Of a DNA stretch of 62,732 nucleotides, positions 18,257-27,617 are shown piece after piece. The notes below the pieces were generated by a model. It searched no databases. It was not told the DNA's origin and was given only the letters and a program-made list of their open reading frames with translations. Origin of the DNA: a virus (lineage: Duplodnaviria > Caudoviricetes); the IMG/VR virus record IMGVR_UViG_3300005095_000122, positions 1 to 62,732 of that record. One strand, written 5' to 3'. Positions within the stretch are counted from its first letter, which is position 1. Every line of letters begins with the position of its first letter. The position numbers were made by a program, and so were the translations under genes.

Positions 18257-21238
18257 ATGCGCAGCGTCACAGATTGGTTTTTGTCGCAAACGAAATTACG
18301 CAAATTTGTGTTGGACCATTCTTACGAGTCCGTTTCTTGGGTCTTTGCGTGCGTTCAGCGCATTTCAACTGCCGCGTCTTCCGTTCCTTATATATTCACT
18401 CCGGAGAAACATGAATTGGTCTCTTTATTGCGGCGGCCAGAGTTTCCCCGCATTCCTTCATTTTCCAAACTAATAGAAATAACTTTTATGTATATGGAGC
18501 TTGATGGGGGGTGTATTTGGTATTGGGAAGATGAGGATTCTTTGCGTATTCTTTCGATAAAAGATGTCTCGCCGATGATGGATCAAAAGGACCCAACAAA
18601 GCTAATCGGTTGGGTCAGATATCGTCCCGACTCCCGTGTGCCGGATAAGGTAATCTCGCCTTCCGAAGTCGTTCCTTTTATCTATTTTAATCCGAGAAAT
18701 CCGTTACACGGACTTTCTCCTCTCAAGCCCGCGCGATTGGGGCTAGAACAGTGGTTTAACATGTCTGCTTGGAATGCGGCATTCTTTGAGTCAGGAATAA
18801 GAGCTCCTTTGGTTTTGGTGTCGAAGCACAAATTGACAGCCGAGCAAGAAAAACAAATACAAAAACGATTGAGAGAGTTTTATGCAGGGCTTTCTGGCGG
18901 ACATTCTGCGCTAATAGTAGATGGTGAGGCGGATGTAAAGCCATTAAATACCTCAGCGAAAGAGTTGGATTTTATCGAGGGCTTGCAGTTATCAAGAGAA
19001 GAGATTTGCGCGATTTTTGGAGTTCCTCCGGCTTTGGTAGGCATTTATAGGTATGCCAACTATGCCAATACCAAAGAACAACGCAAAATTTTTTGGGAGC
19101 AAACGATGCTCCCAAAACTTCGTTTTGTGGAGGAAATGCTAAATGCCTTTTTTGAGGTGAATGGGCGGGAGGTGGCTTTTGAATGGGATTATTCCAAGAT
19201 CGAGGCCCTCCGGCCCGACCCAATTGATGCAGCGCGAGCGGCAGAGATTTATGCCAATTTGGGCTATAGCAGAGACCAGATCGCAAGCATTTTGAATATT
19301 CCCCAGCTGGCCCCGGCTGAGGAAACACAGCAAGGACCGGAGGATTCTGAGGACAAAACAACGTATGTGGTCGGCCCGCGTACGGTAAAATTATCAGATG
19401 AGGATTATGCGCACGAGCTAGTTTCAACGTTTCGCATTTATGAGTCAAAGTGGGAAAGATTTTTTCGTGTTTTGGCGAAACAGTCGGCCGATGAGCTTTT
19501 GCTCCAGCTACGCCGTCGAGGGGAGATAGACGAAGGGCTTTATAGAAATAATGCACAACTTTGGCATGAAGATGCGGAACAGCGTACTTTTGAAGAGTTT
19601 TTTGTGTCTTATGCAGTAGCTTCTCGCGAAGTGTCCACGTCCAGGATTAAATTGGAGTCGGGAATCGAAGCCCATTTGAAAACCTTTGATTTGGATGCGT
19701 TTTTAAACACTTTGGATTTGAAAGAACGTGATTTTGCAGTGTCGGTGGCGCGCGAAATAGCGTATAAGACGCGGTGGGTGACGGATATGGTGCGCGAAAC
19801 CATTTTACAGGTAGTTTTGGCCCGTCTTTCTACTGGCGGGGCCTATGCGACCATTTCTGAAATTAAATCAGAGCTATATGCTTTTATTGAAGAACGTTAT
19901 TTAGGCCGCTCGCTGACCATAGCCCGAACAGTATCGGGAGCAGCATTAAATGCAGGAAGGTATGCAGTTTGGCAATCGAGGGGAGTGACTCATCACCGGT
20001 GGATAACGGCCCGCGACGCGGAGGTGCGGGATACCCATGCCTTGCAGCATGGGCAGGTAGTGCGTATAGGGGAAGCGTTCCAAAACGGTTTGTTGTATCC
20101 ACACGATCCAAATGGACCGGCCCGGGAGGTAATCAACTGCCGTTGTACAACCACACCAGTTGCTAAGCTGGAGGGCACGCGTCCTCGACCGGTAAAGCCT
20201 CGCAAAACCGATCTCCGCACCGCCTATGAAGAGTTCATTCTTGGTTTAGAAGAGCTGGTCGAGGTTTTCAAAGACAAGAATTATTGGAAAGAGCGCAAAC
20301 TTTGGGCTTTTGAGGGTTATGCAGAGAACCAACCTATTCATGAAGCGGATAAAGCAGTAACTAGTTTAGCAAAAGTGGTGAAGGATAATGATTTCCAGAA
20401 CATAGGTAAGTTTATCGAGGAAAATCGCAAGAACCAGCGGGTTTCCTTGCAGATGTCGGCGTCGTTTAAAGTGTCGGAGAAGGCACAAGATACCTTTGAG
20501 AGATATCTTGGACGGTTGTTGCCGAAAGAGACTACCGAGTTGCTGCACCATTCCGGTTTGAAGATGGAATTTAAGAATATTAACATAGGCGGATTGTATC
20601 GCATACGTGAGAATAAAATAGTGTTGAAGTTGACGAAAACAGATGTCGAACAGTTAGCGGATTTGATGCGGGTAAGTATGGGGGAATTGACTGCGGAGGA
20701 ATTAGAAAAGAGTTTGGTAAAATGGGCCGAGCGAAAGGTGGCGAAAAAGGAAATTGATCCAGATACACGAGACTTTATAGTAAAGAAGTTGGTGGCGGAT
20801 CGCAAAGGTTGGTTGATGCGGAAGCTGGAAACAGTGGTTCATGAATATGGTCATGCGGTACACAAACACGATCCAATAGTACAGGGGATGGTAAAAGACA
20901 TTTATGAGGCACGCGTAACAGAGAAAACATATCGGCGTTACGATCCGGGGAAGTGGCCTTCGTACTATGCGGGAAGAGTATATCCACGGCCCCCAGTTGG
21001 TGTGACGAGAGGGGCAGAGGTCCCTTCGGTAGCTTTTGAGGCTTTGGCAGTAGTGCCTCAGTCTGCGCAAGGGGCAAAGGAGTTGGCAGAGGTGATAAAA
21101 ACGATGTTGCCGGGCCATGCAGAGATTTCTAATTACCGTTCTACCTATTCGTTTATCCCAGATTTTGTGGATTATTGGTTTGAGGATATTCATTTTGAAG
21201 CGGAGAAAATTAAAGCAAAACGAACGGGGGGACAGTGA
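18257..21238 (+). CDS. HK97-family portal fused to a MuF (Mu gpF / SPP1 gp7-like) domain and a C-terminal zincin-like metallopeptidase domain
   Basis: Portal motifs WVFACV, GLSPL, EICAIFGVPP..VG, YANTKEQ; MuF motifs IART, WITARDAEVRDTH, YPHDP, INCRC; C-terminal HEYGH with a downstream Glu. ATG 18257 with GGAGG. Confidence 0.88.
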   Translation: MRSVTDWFLSQTKLRKFVLDHSYESVSWVFACVQRISTAASSVPYIFTPEKHELVSLLRRPEFPRIPSFSKLIEITFMYMELDGGCIWYWEDEDSLRILSIKDVSPMMDQKDPTKLIGWVRYRPDSRVPDKVISPSEVVPFIYFNPRNPLHGLSPLKPARLGLEQWFNMSAWNAAFFESGIRAPLVLVSKHKLTAEQEKQIQKRLREFYAGLSGGHSALIVDGEADVKPLNTSAKELDFIEGLQLSREEICAIFGVPPALVGIYRYANYANTKEQRKIFWEQTMLPKLRFVEEMLNAFFEVNGREVAFEWDYSKIEALRPDPIDAARAAEIYANLGYSRDQIASILNIPQLAPAEETQQGPEDSEDKTTYVVGPRTVKLSDEDYAHELVSTFRIYESKWERFFRVLAKQSADELLLQLRRRGEIDEGLYRNNAQLWHEDAEQRTFEEFFVSYAVASREVSTSRIKLESGIEAHLKTFDLDAFLNTLDLKERDFAVSVAREIAYKTRWVTDMVRETILQVVLARLSTGGAYATISEIKSELYAFIEERYLGRSLTIARTVSGAALNAGRYAVWQSRGVTHHRWITARDAEVRDTHALQHGQVVRIGEAFQNGLLYPHDPNGPAREVINCRCTTTPVAKLEGTRPRPVKPRKTDLRTAYEEFILGLEELVEVFKDKNYWKERKLWAFEGYAENQPIHEADKAVTSLAKVVKDNDFQNIGKFIEENRKNQRVSLQMSASFKVSEKAQDTFERYLGRLLPKETTELLHHSGLKMEFKNINIGGLYRIRENKIVLKLTKTDVEQLADLMRVSMGELTAEELEKSLVKWAERKVAKKEIDPDTRDFIVKKLVADRKGWLMRKLETVVHEYGHAVHKHDPIVQGMVKDIYEARVTEKTYRRYDPGKWPSYYAGRVYPRPPVGVTRGAEVPSVAFEALAVVPQSAQGAKELAEVIKTMLPGHAEISNYRSTYSFIPDFVDYWFEDIHFEAEKIKAKRTGGQ

Positions 21239-21555
21239 TGGAGTTGCTTGAGATAAAGCGTGAGGATAAGTTGGTGTGTACCTATGACCCAGAGACTTGG
21301 AAGTTTGAACCGGCACCCAAGAAGAAAACAGAAACCGAGTTCTTAAAGCGTTTGCATAAGCGCGTCGGAACACAAGAGCCGTCGGTAGGATATTATTATG
21401 ATTTGACGGATTTTCCCGAGTTGAAAGACCCATTTGATGTTGCTCATTTGTTAGGTTTTGTGTTGATACTAGAATCTGAGGGCTATGAAGCTTATTACAA
21501 AGGGAAGCGTTTAGAGTTAAAATTAGTTGACGAAGGCGATATATTTTTCGATTGA
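21235..21555 (+). CDS. Small acidic protein, candidate immunity protein for the MuF-linked domain
   Basis: 106 aa, start overlaps the stop of the portal-MuF fusion. Function inferred from position only. Confidence 0.45.
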   Translation: MMELLEIKREDKLVCTYDPETWKFEPAPKKKTETEFLKRLHKRVGTQEPSVGYYYDLTDFPELKDPFDVAHLLGFVLILESEGYEAYYKGKRLELKLVDEGDIFFD

Positions 21556-21605
21556 GTCATTCGTCAACTGAGCTATAAACAAGATTGAAGACTGGAGGTG
21601 AAAGC

Positions 21606-22958
21606 ATGGACAAGGTGCATTTGAAAACAACCGAATTTTTAATTAAACAAAAGTCTCCAGAAGTGTTTACGTTTACAGCGTCCACCGCGGCAGTGGATCG
21701 GGACAGGGAAGTGTTGCTGCCCGAGGGATGTGATCCCTCACGTTTTTTGAAAAATCCGGTGTTTCTTTGGGGACATAATTACCGCCAGTTTCCGATTGGT
21801 AAGGTGGTTCGGGTACACATAGGACGCAGTGTCGATATCGACGTAGTATTTGCGGAGACTGAGGAAGGTCAAAAAGCTAAGTATTTGTACGAAGAGGGCT
21901 TTTTGAATGCGGTTTCGGTGGGTTTCGTTCCACATAAGTGGTATGATGTGCCTTCGGATCAAGGAGTGACCACGATTGAAATTGAAGTGCGCGGAAAGAA
22001 GCGTCGGATTGATTTGACAAAGTATGAAGTTCGTCCGCGGATGATAATTGCTGAGTGGGAGCTTCTTGAGGTTTCGGCGGTAACCGTGCCGGCGAATCCC
22101 GAAGCACTGATTCGCCGTTCTATTGAGTCTTTGGCCGCGACCCACGGGATATCGAAGGACGTAGTTTCTCAGATGGCGGCTCCAGTAACAGAGCAGTTCC
22201 AAAAGATATTTAAGGAATTAAAGGAACAAATTGAAGATTTTGTGAAGGGGGCCGTTCCGCCACATACCACTCCAATTGATTTTAATTCGTCTTGGGATAA
22301 GAACCGGGCGCGTGCCCATCTTGCGCAGTGGGCCTCTTCCGACGGTTCGGGGGACAAGGACAAGATAGATTTTGCAAAATTCGCTCGCGGGTTTGCTTGG
22401 TATGATTCCGAAAAGAAAACCAATCTCACTGCGTACAAACTGCCACATCACGATGTAATTGAAGGCAAGTTTGTGGCAGTGTGGCGTGGGGTAGTTGCTG
22501 CGATGGCAGCACTGCTAGGAGCCAGGGGCGGCGTAAATATTCCCGAAGCGGACCGGAAAAAGGTTTGGAATCACCTCGCGCGACATTATCGCGATGCCGA
22601 CCGCGAGCCGCCTCCGTTGGAGAGGGACTACACCCAGGAAGAACTAAAGGCGATAGAAGAAGGTCGCTGGCCACTACAAGATGAAGGTAAAAAGCAGGAA
22701 GGGCAACAGACTCCAGCAGCGCCGGAAAAACAGTTGGTAGAGTTGGCAGAGCTAAAAGATTTGCTGTTAGAAATGCAGACGGTGCTGGAAACGCGGTTGA
22801 AGATTGTGGAAATGTTAATTGAGGAAAAGTTTGATCAATTGGTGAACGCCAAAGACAGCTCCAAAAGCGATACGCAAGGAATACAGGATCAACACGACCT
22901 TGATCCTGACGAAATCATAAAGCGTGCTTGGGAAATAACCAAGAAAATTACAGTTTAG
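21606..22958 (+). CDS. HK97-family prohead protease with an additional C-terminal domain
   Basis: ASTAAVDRDRE, NPVFLWGH, AVSVGF, LLEVSAVTVPANPEA; extra domain YKLPHH...VWRGVVAAMAALLGARGG. Confidence 0.88.
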   Translation: MDKVHLKTTEFLIKQKSPEVFTFTASTAAVDRDREVLLPEGCDPSRFLKNPVFLWGHNYRQFPIGKVVRVHIGRSVDIDVVFAETEEGQKAKYLYEEGFLNAVSVGFVPHKWYDVPSDQGVTTIEIEVRGKKRRIDLTKYEVRPRMIIAEWELLEVSAVTVPANPEALIRRSIESLAATHGISKDVVSQMAAPVTEQFQKIFKELKEQIEDFVKGAVPPHTTPIDFNSSWDKNRARAHLAQWASSDGSGDKDKIDFAKFARGFAWYDSEKKTNLTAYKLPHHDVIEGKFVAVWRGVVAAMAALLGARGGVNIPEADRKKVWNHLARHYRDADREPPPLERDYTQEELKAIEEGRWPLQDEGKKQEGQQTPAAPEKQLVELAELKDLLLEMQTVLETRLKIVEMLIEEKFDQLVNAKDSSKSDTQGIQDQHDLDPDEIIKRAWEITKKITV

Positions 22959-22970
22959 GGGGTAAGGAAA

Positions 22971-24104
22971 ATGGATAAGTTTTTGGAAGTATTGGAAGCT
23001 TTGGAAAAGAAATTGTCGAAGTTTGTAGAGCAAAAGGACAAGGATATTGATGCTCTAAAGAAGGAAGTAAAGTCTTTGGAGAAGCAGGTTTTAGAGCTTC
23101 TTGCTTCTCAGCGACAGGTGGTGAAGGACCGTGATCCGTATGTGGCCTTTACCGACGCAGAGGCTGATTTGGCAAAGGGTTTTGTGGAGTTAGCCCAGGC
23201 TATTTTCAGTCAGGACTTGAACAAGATCAAGGCCATGACGGAACAAACCGATTCTGAGGGCGGCTATCTGGTACCCGAAGAGTTCCGCGCCACTTTGGTT
23301 CGTTTGATTGAGACCTACGGCGAAGCGCGAAAGATGGCTACGGTTATCCCCATGACCCGGGACGAATTGCGTATTCCGTCTCTTGTTTCTGGAGTGACGG
23401 TTTACTGGGTCGGTGAGGGACAGAACATCACCCAGTCTCAGCCCACGTTTGATCGCGTCAACATGGTGGCTAAGAAGATGGCTGCGTTGGTGCCCGTAAC
23501 TGCCGAACTTCTTGAGGATGCTTCCATTTCGATCGCCAACCTCTTGGCCAACCTCTTTGCCGAGGCGATGGCTGCAGAGGAAGATCGAGTGGCCTTTACC
23601 GGAAACCCGGGCGCGGGAGATCCCTTTTCCGGGGTCATGTACACGTCTGGAGTAAATATCGTGGAGATCGGAGGGGCCAATTTTTCCGATCTTACCGCCG
23701 ATGATCTGCTGACGTTGACTTCGGCCGTCCCCAGTCCGGCAGCCAAGCGGGGTGTGTTTGTGTTAAACCGCACAGTGTTCGATCAAATCAGGAAACTTAA
23801 AGATAATAACGGGAATTACATTTGGCAGTCTCCCAGTGCCGCAGCTCCAGGGACGATTTGGGGTTATCCGTACGTTCTCTCGGATGTGATGCCGTCTATG
23901 TCCGACAGCGCCGCTAATACGCCTTTTGTGATCTTTGGCGATTTTCGTCAGTTGTATTTTGGTGATCGGAGGCGGATGAGTATGTCCCAGTCCAGTCATG
24001 TGGGGTTTATTCAGGACTTGACTTATATTAAGGCGACACAGAGATTGGCCATTGCGGTGGCTATTCCGAGGGCGTTTGCTGTGGCTAAGACGGCGGCAAG
24101 CTAA
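22971..24104 (+). CDS. HK97-fold major capsid protein
   Basis: N-terminal coiled delta domain, GGYLVPEE, WVGEG, ELLEDA, LKDNNGNYIWQ, FGDF. Confidence 0.95.
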   Translation: MDKFLEVLEALEKKLSKFVEQKDKDIDALKKEVKSLEKQVLELLASQRQVVKDRDPYVAFTDAEADLAKGFVELAQAIFSQDLNKIKAMTEQTDSEGGYLVPEEFRATLVRLIETYGEARKMATVIPMTRDELRIPSLVSGVTVYWVGEGQNITQSQPTFDRVNMVAKKMAALVPVTAELLEDASISIANLLANLFAEAMAAEEDRVAFTGNPGAGDPFSGVMYTSGVNIVEIGGANFSDLTADDLLTLTSAVPSPAAKRGVFVLNRTVFDQIRKLKDNNGNYIWQSPSAAAPGTIWGYPYVLSDVMPSMSDSAANTPFVIFGDFRQLYFGDRRRMSMSQSSHVGFIQDLTYIKATQRLAIAVAIPRAFAVAKTAAS

Positions 24105-24112
24105 AATAACTA

Positions 24113-24134
24113 GAAGGGGCCTTGTGGCCCCTTC
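24113..24134 (+). terminator. Stem-loop after the capsid gene (weak terminator or mRNA stabiliser)
   Basis: GAAGGGGCC-TTGT-GGCCCCTTC; no clear U-tract. Confidence 0.5.
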
Positions 24135-24154
24135 GCATAATTAGGGGGTAGAAA

Positions 24155-24370
24155 ATGCCGAAAGTGTGGAAAGCAAAAAGTGATATTTATGTACAAGGAG
24201 TGAAATTAATTGAGTCGGGTAAGTATTATAAGTTTAACCCTCCGTTAGATACTTTGTTTTCAAAAGGTTATTACAAAGCCTTTTTTGAGGTGGTGGAAAC
24301 AAATGACAAGAAGATTTTGGCACAGGCAACGGAGTTGCCTGTAAAGACGGCAGGAAAGACTAAGAAATGA
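24155..24370 (+). CDS. Hypothetical protein (head-tail region)
   Basis: 71-aa ORF with RBS, directly after the capsid gene. Confidence 0.55.
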   Translation: MPKVWKAKSDIYVQGVKLIESGKYYKFNPPLDTLFSKGYYKAFFEVVETNDKKILAQATELPVKTAGKTKK

Positions 24371-24999
24371 TAAGCATTCAGGAATTGGCAACATTCTTAG
24401 CACCGGTGGTTCAAGAGGCGTGTGTCTTATTGGATCTCCGGGATGGAGATTCACTAAGGGCCTATGATCCCGCGGTAGCGGCGTGTGCTCGCTCAGCATT
24501 TGCAGCGGTAACGTCTTTTACGCAGCGCGATTGGATATTGAAACAATACCGCGAGCTTTATTTGGGTCGTCCAGGAGAGTCAATTCCTTTGCGAAACGTC
24601 CCGGTGCAGGAAGTGGAGGCAGTAGTTTTTTATAATGACACACAGGGGCCAGAGTGGACGCAAGAGGGTGAGGGCGTTACTTTGGCCCCTTTCACCTCAG
24701 TGCCGGAAGACGAGGATGCCGACGTTTATTCAGACGTGAGATGGGAATTGGTTGTGACTTATACGGGGGGATTACAAACAGCATCGGAGAGTGTGGAGTT
24801 ATTTTCGGCTTTAGTGAACCAGACCGTGGCAAATTATAACAAACGTCGTTTGTTAGGTACGCGAGCAATGTCAGGGACAGCTCTTGTGACAGCACAATCA
24901 GGGTCAATTCAACTAGACCCTGATTCCCGCGGTCTTTTGCCGGAGGTCAAGACGATTTTGGCTCCTTTGGTTTTTCATGAGTATTGGAGGCCAGTCTAA
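24367..24999 (+). CDS. Head-tail connector/adaptor
   Basis: Position, plus motifs LRNVPVQEV, VTYTGG and PEVKTIL typical of gp6/gp15-like adaptors. Confidence 0.65.
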   Translation: MISIQELATFLAPVVQEACVLLDLRDGDSLRAYDPAVAACARSAFAAVTSFTQRDWILKQYRELYLGRPGESIPLRNVPVQEVEAVVFYNDTQGPEWTQEGEGVTLAPFTSVPEDEDADVYSDVRWELVVTYTGGLQTASESVELFSALVNQTVANYNKRRLLGTRAMSGTALVTAQSGSIQLDPDSRGLLPEVKTILAPLVFHEYWRPV

Positions 25000-25583
25000 T
25001 GGGAGAGATAAAAATACAGGCCCGGGGAGGTAGGGAATTTTATAACTTTCTAACAGAACTGCGAAAGATCCGTGGCGCAGCAGGTGTGCGAGAAGCTTTG
25101 TGGGATTGGGCCACACATGAGTTGGACCCGGCTATTCAAGAAGTGTTGGCGGGGGAAGTGCTCCATCGGCGAACGGGAACGTTGGCGCGCGAGACGTATG
25201 TGAAAGATGTGACAGCAAGTGGCAGTACAGCGACGGTGGCAGTGAACACAACCATTTATGGCCCGGTGCATGAGTTTGGAGCGGTGATAAAGCCGCGGCG
25301 GCGCAAGTGGTTGACAGTACCACTTGCGGATGCCCTGACACCAGCAGGAGCTTTGCGATACTCAGCGCCGGAATGGAAAGACTATTTAGGGAAAACTTTT
25401 TTGGTGAAGAAGGATGGCAAGTTATTTATAGTTGGTCGGCGTAACAAAAAACTTTTGTGGCTTTTTGTGCTCAAAAAGGAAGTAAGGATCCCAGCGCGTC
25501 GATGGTTTTCCAAGGCGGTGGACCGGGCATCTGAGAAATTAGCAGATTATGCACACAGGCACTTGCAGAGGTTAGGGAAGTGA
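24999..25583 (+). CDS. Neck / tail-completion protein (HK97 gp10 or Mu gpG-like)
   Basis: RTGTL, YGPVHEFGA.I.P, IPARRWF. Confidence 0.7.
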   Translation: MGEIKIQARGGREFYNFLTELRKIRGAAGVREALWDWATHELDPAIQEVLAGEVLHRRTGTLARETYVKDVTASGSTATVAVNTTIYGPVHEFGAVIKPRRRKWLTVPLADALTPAGALRYSAPEWKDYLGKTFLVKKDGKLFIVGRRNKKLLWLFVLKKEVRIPARRWFSKAVDRASEKLADYAHRHLQRLGK

Positions 25584-26008
25584 TTCGCCAAGAAATAATA
25601 CAGCAGTTGAAACAAAATTTGGGCGAACGCTTTACAGTGCCAATATACCGGGGGTTTCCCGGGATGTCGGTACATCAACTACCTTCTCTTTGGTTGGTAG
25701 AGCATGGAGAGGAATCAAAACTAGATACATCAGGGACGTATAAACGTTCTTTGGAGATTTCCATAGAATATTTTGATGGAATGCGATCTTCTATTGAAGA
25801 AACTTTTGATTTTTTGATAGAAATTTTGGACGCAGTGCGCGAAGCAGTGGAAGTGGTAAGATATTATCGTTTTCCGATAACGGAAATGTACGAACTGGAA
25901 AATTTATATTCGGCGTTGCCTGATTCTCGGTTTAATTTGTCGGTGGCATACAAGTTTGTTTATGTAGAGCCTTTTAAGGGCTCTTGGAGACCAAGGAATA
26001 ATATTTAA
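25580..26008 (+). CDS. Probable tail terminator
   Basis: 142 aa, directly before the tail tube gene; LPSLWLVE..E pattern. Confidence 0.5.
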   Translation: MIRQEIIQQLKQNLGERFTVPIYRGFPGMSVHQLPSLWLVEHGEESKLDTSGTYKRSLEISIEYFDGMRSSIEETFDFLIEILDAVREAVEVVRYYRFPITEMYELENLYSALPDSRFNLSVAYKFVYVEPFKGSWRPRNNI

Positions 26009-26020
26009 GGGGGTAATAAA

Positions 26021-26758
26021 ATGAGTGGATTTCTGGGTGCAGGAGATCTTTTGATAGATCGTGATTTGCAAGGCGGTTTTATTTATGTGGGGAATGCGAC
26101 CCAGTTTGCGGTGAATGAAACCGATGCGGATGTGAAAGAACGTATCTCGAAAATGCGGGAAACATATGGCCAGGCTTTGGATACGGTAACCTTGCCGAAA
26201 CCTCCGAAGATAGCCATAACGATTGACGAGTTTAACGTCGATAACTTGGCAATTGCTTTGCGAGGCTTGATTGAGGTGATTGAGGTGGCGGCAGGAAGTG
26301 TGTCGGATGTATCCTATACGGCCCGCAAGGGGAAGTGGATTCCTCTTGAGCATCGGAACATTCAGGAGTCCGGGTTTACCGTGACTAATGAGGATGGGTC
26401 CACGACCTATACTTTGGGGACGGACTATCAAGTGAATTATCGTCTAGGAATGCTGTTTATTACCGAAGAGGGAGCGATAACTGATGGACAGACGATCAAA
26501 GTGGCTTATAATTATGGAGAGACTGCTGGTAAGCGTATTAAGGCATCTCGCAATTCGGAAATTGAGGCCGCACTAATCTTAGATGGGTTGAACAAAGTAA
26601 ACGGAAAGGATTGTACGGTTCGCGTGTTTAAGGCGAAGCTTCGTCCGGCTTCCGAAGTAGATTTCTTGGCCGATGATTTCCAGTCGTTGGCTCTCGAAGG
26701 AACCCTGGTGACTCCAGAGGGCTACACCGAACCTTATGTGGTGGAGTATTTTGCCTAA
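26021..26758 (+). CDS. Major tail (tube) protein
   Basis: GAGDL..., YVGNAT, DEFNVDNLAIAL, an inserted Ig-like segment (GTDYQVNYRLG), C-terminal LEGTL. Confidence 0.75.
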   Translation: MSGFLGAGDLLIDRDLQGGFIYVGNATQFAVNETDADVKERISKMRETYGQALDTVTLPKPPKIAITIDEFNVDNLAIALRGLIEVIEVAAGSVSDVSYTARKGKWIPLEHRNIQESGFTVTNEDGSTTYTLGTDYQVNYRLGMLFITEEGAITDGQTIKVAYNYGETAGKRIKASRNSEIEAALILDGLNKVNGKDCTVRVFKAKLRPASEVDFLADDFQSLALEGTLVTPEGYTEPYVVEYFA

Positions 26759-26772
26759 GGCTGAGGGGAAAA

Positions 26773-27129
26773 GTGAAAAAGATATTAGTAGTTGATGATA
26801 ACGAGGAATTGCTCGAATCGCTTGTGATAGTTCTGACGCATTTGGGATACTATGTTTGTGGATGCGTATCTTTTTGCGAAGCCAAGCAGAAGTTAGCGTC
26901 AGAGCACTTTGACATTTGTATAATTGACGTTGTTTACAAGGGGGAGGGGGTAGCAGATGTCTATTCTCTCCCCCAGCGCTATCCAGAGACAAAGTTTATT
27001 GTAATAACGGCTTACTCCCGGATCTTAAACAAAGAAGCCTTACATGGACAAGGAGTTCCCGTACTATCCAAACCATTTTCTTTGGAAGAGTTGATGGGGG
27101 TGGTGACTACCAGTGAACGATATAATTAA
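26773..27129 (+). CDS. Stand-alone response-regulator receiver (CheY-like) protein
   Basis: KILVVDD, phosphoacceptor IIDV, ITAY, SKPF; no output domain. Confidence 0.88.
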   Translation: MKKILVVDDNEELLESLVIVLTHLGYYVCGCVSFCEAKQKLASEHFDICIIDVVYKGEGVADVYSLPQRYPETKFIVITAYSRILNKEALHGQGVPVLSKPFSLEELMGVVTTSERYN

Positions 27130-27391
27130 ATCTTTAGTAGAGGCGTTAGCGAAGTCCGAGAACGCTTTGGTGGGTCTAGTATGGATAATCCCTTCGGTCG
27201 CAGGGACGTGGTTTTTCTTTAAATTCGTGGTCTCACCCGCAGTCATGTTGTTTAAAGAAATAATCTTGGAACATCGGAATTTAGTGAGGGAGGTAACGGC
27301 GTTGCGAGAGACGATAAAGCGTTTAGATGACGCTATTCGCAATTTGCAAGCTTTTTGCAGTCGGAGGACGGGAGATGACCGAGAGGGTTAA
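27113..27391 (+). CDS. Holin-like membrane protein
   Basis: Hydrophobic segment (ALVGLVWII...WFFFKFVV) followed by a coiled-coil tail. Confidence 0.45.
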   Translation: MNDIIKSLVEALAKSENALVGLVWIIPSVAGTWFFFKFVVSPAVMLFKEIILEHRNLVREVTALRETIKRLDDAIRNLQAFCSRRTGDDREG

Positions 27392-27617
27392 GGCCTTATT
27401 GCGTTGGCCGCAGAAAAAAGTTTTTGCATGGCTAGTAAAAGAAACGGGTTCTTTGGACCGTGTGCGATTATATGGATTTGAGAATCCAGAGGAATTATAT
27501 GAGGAATTGGTACGACGTGGTTTGCCCCTTTGTGGTTCGGGCATTTCTTCTCTTTTAGAAGAATTGAAAGGCGAGTCGGAACAAACGGAAGCACAAATTT
27601 TAAATGGACGTTCATAA
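27375..27617 (+). CDS. Hypothetical protein
   Basis: ATG 27375 after GGAGG; abuts the next gene. Confidence 0.5.
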   Translation: MTERVKALLRWPQKKVFAWLVKETGSLDRVRLYGFENPEELYEELVRRGLPLCGSGISSLLEELKGESEQTEAQILNGRS

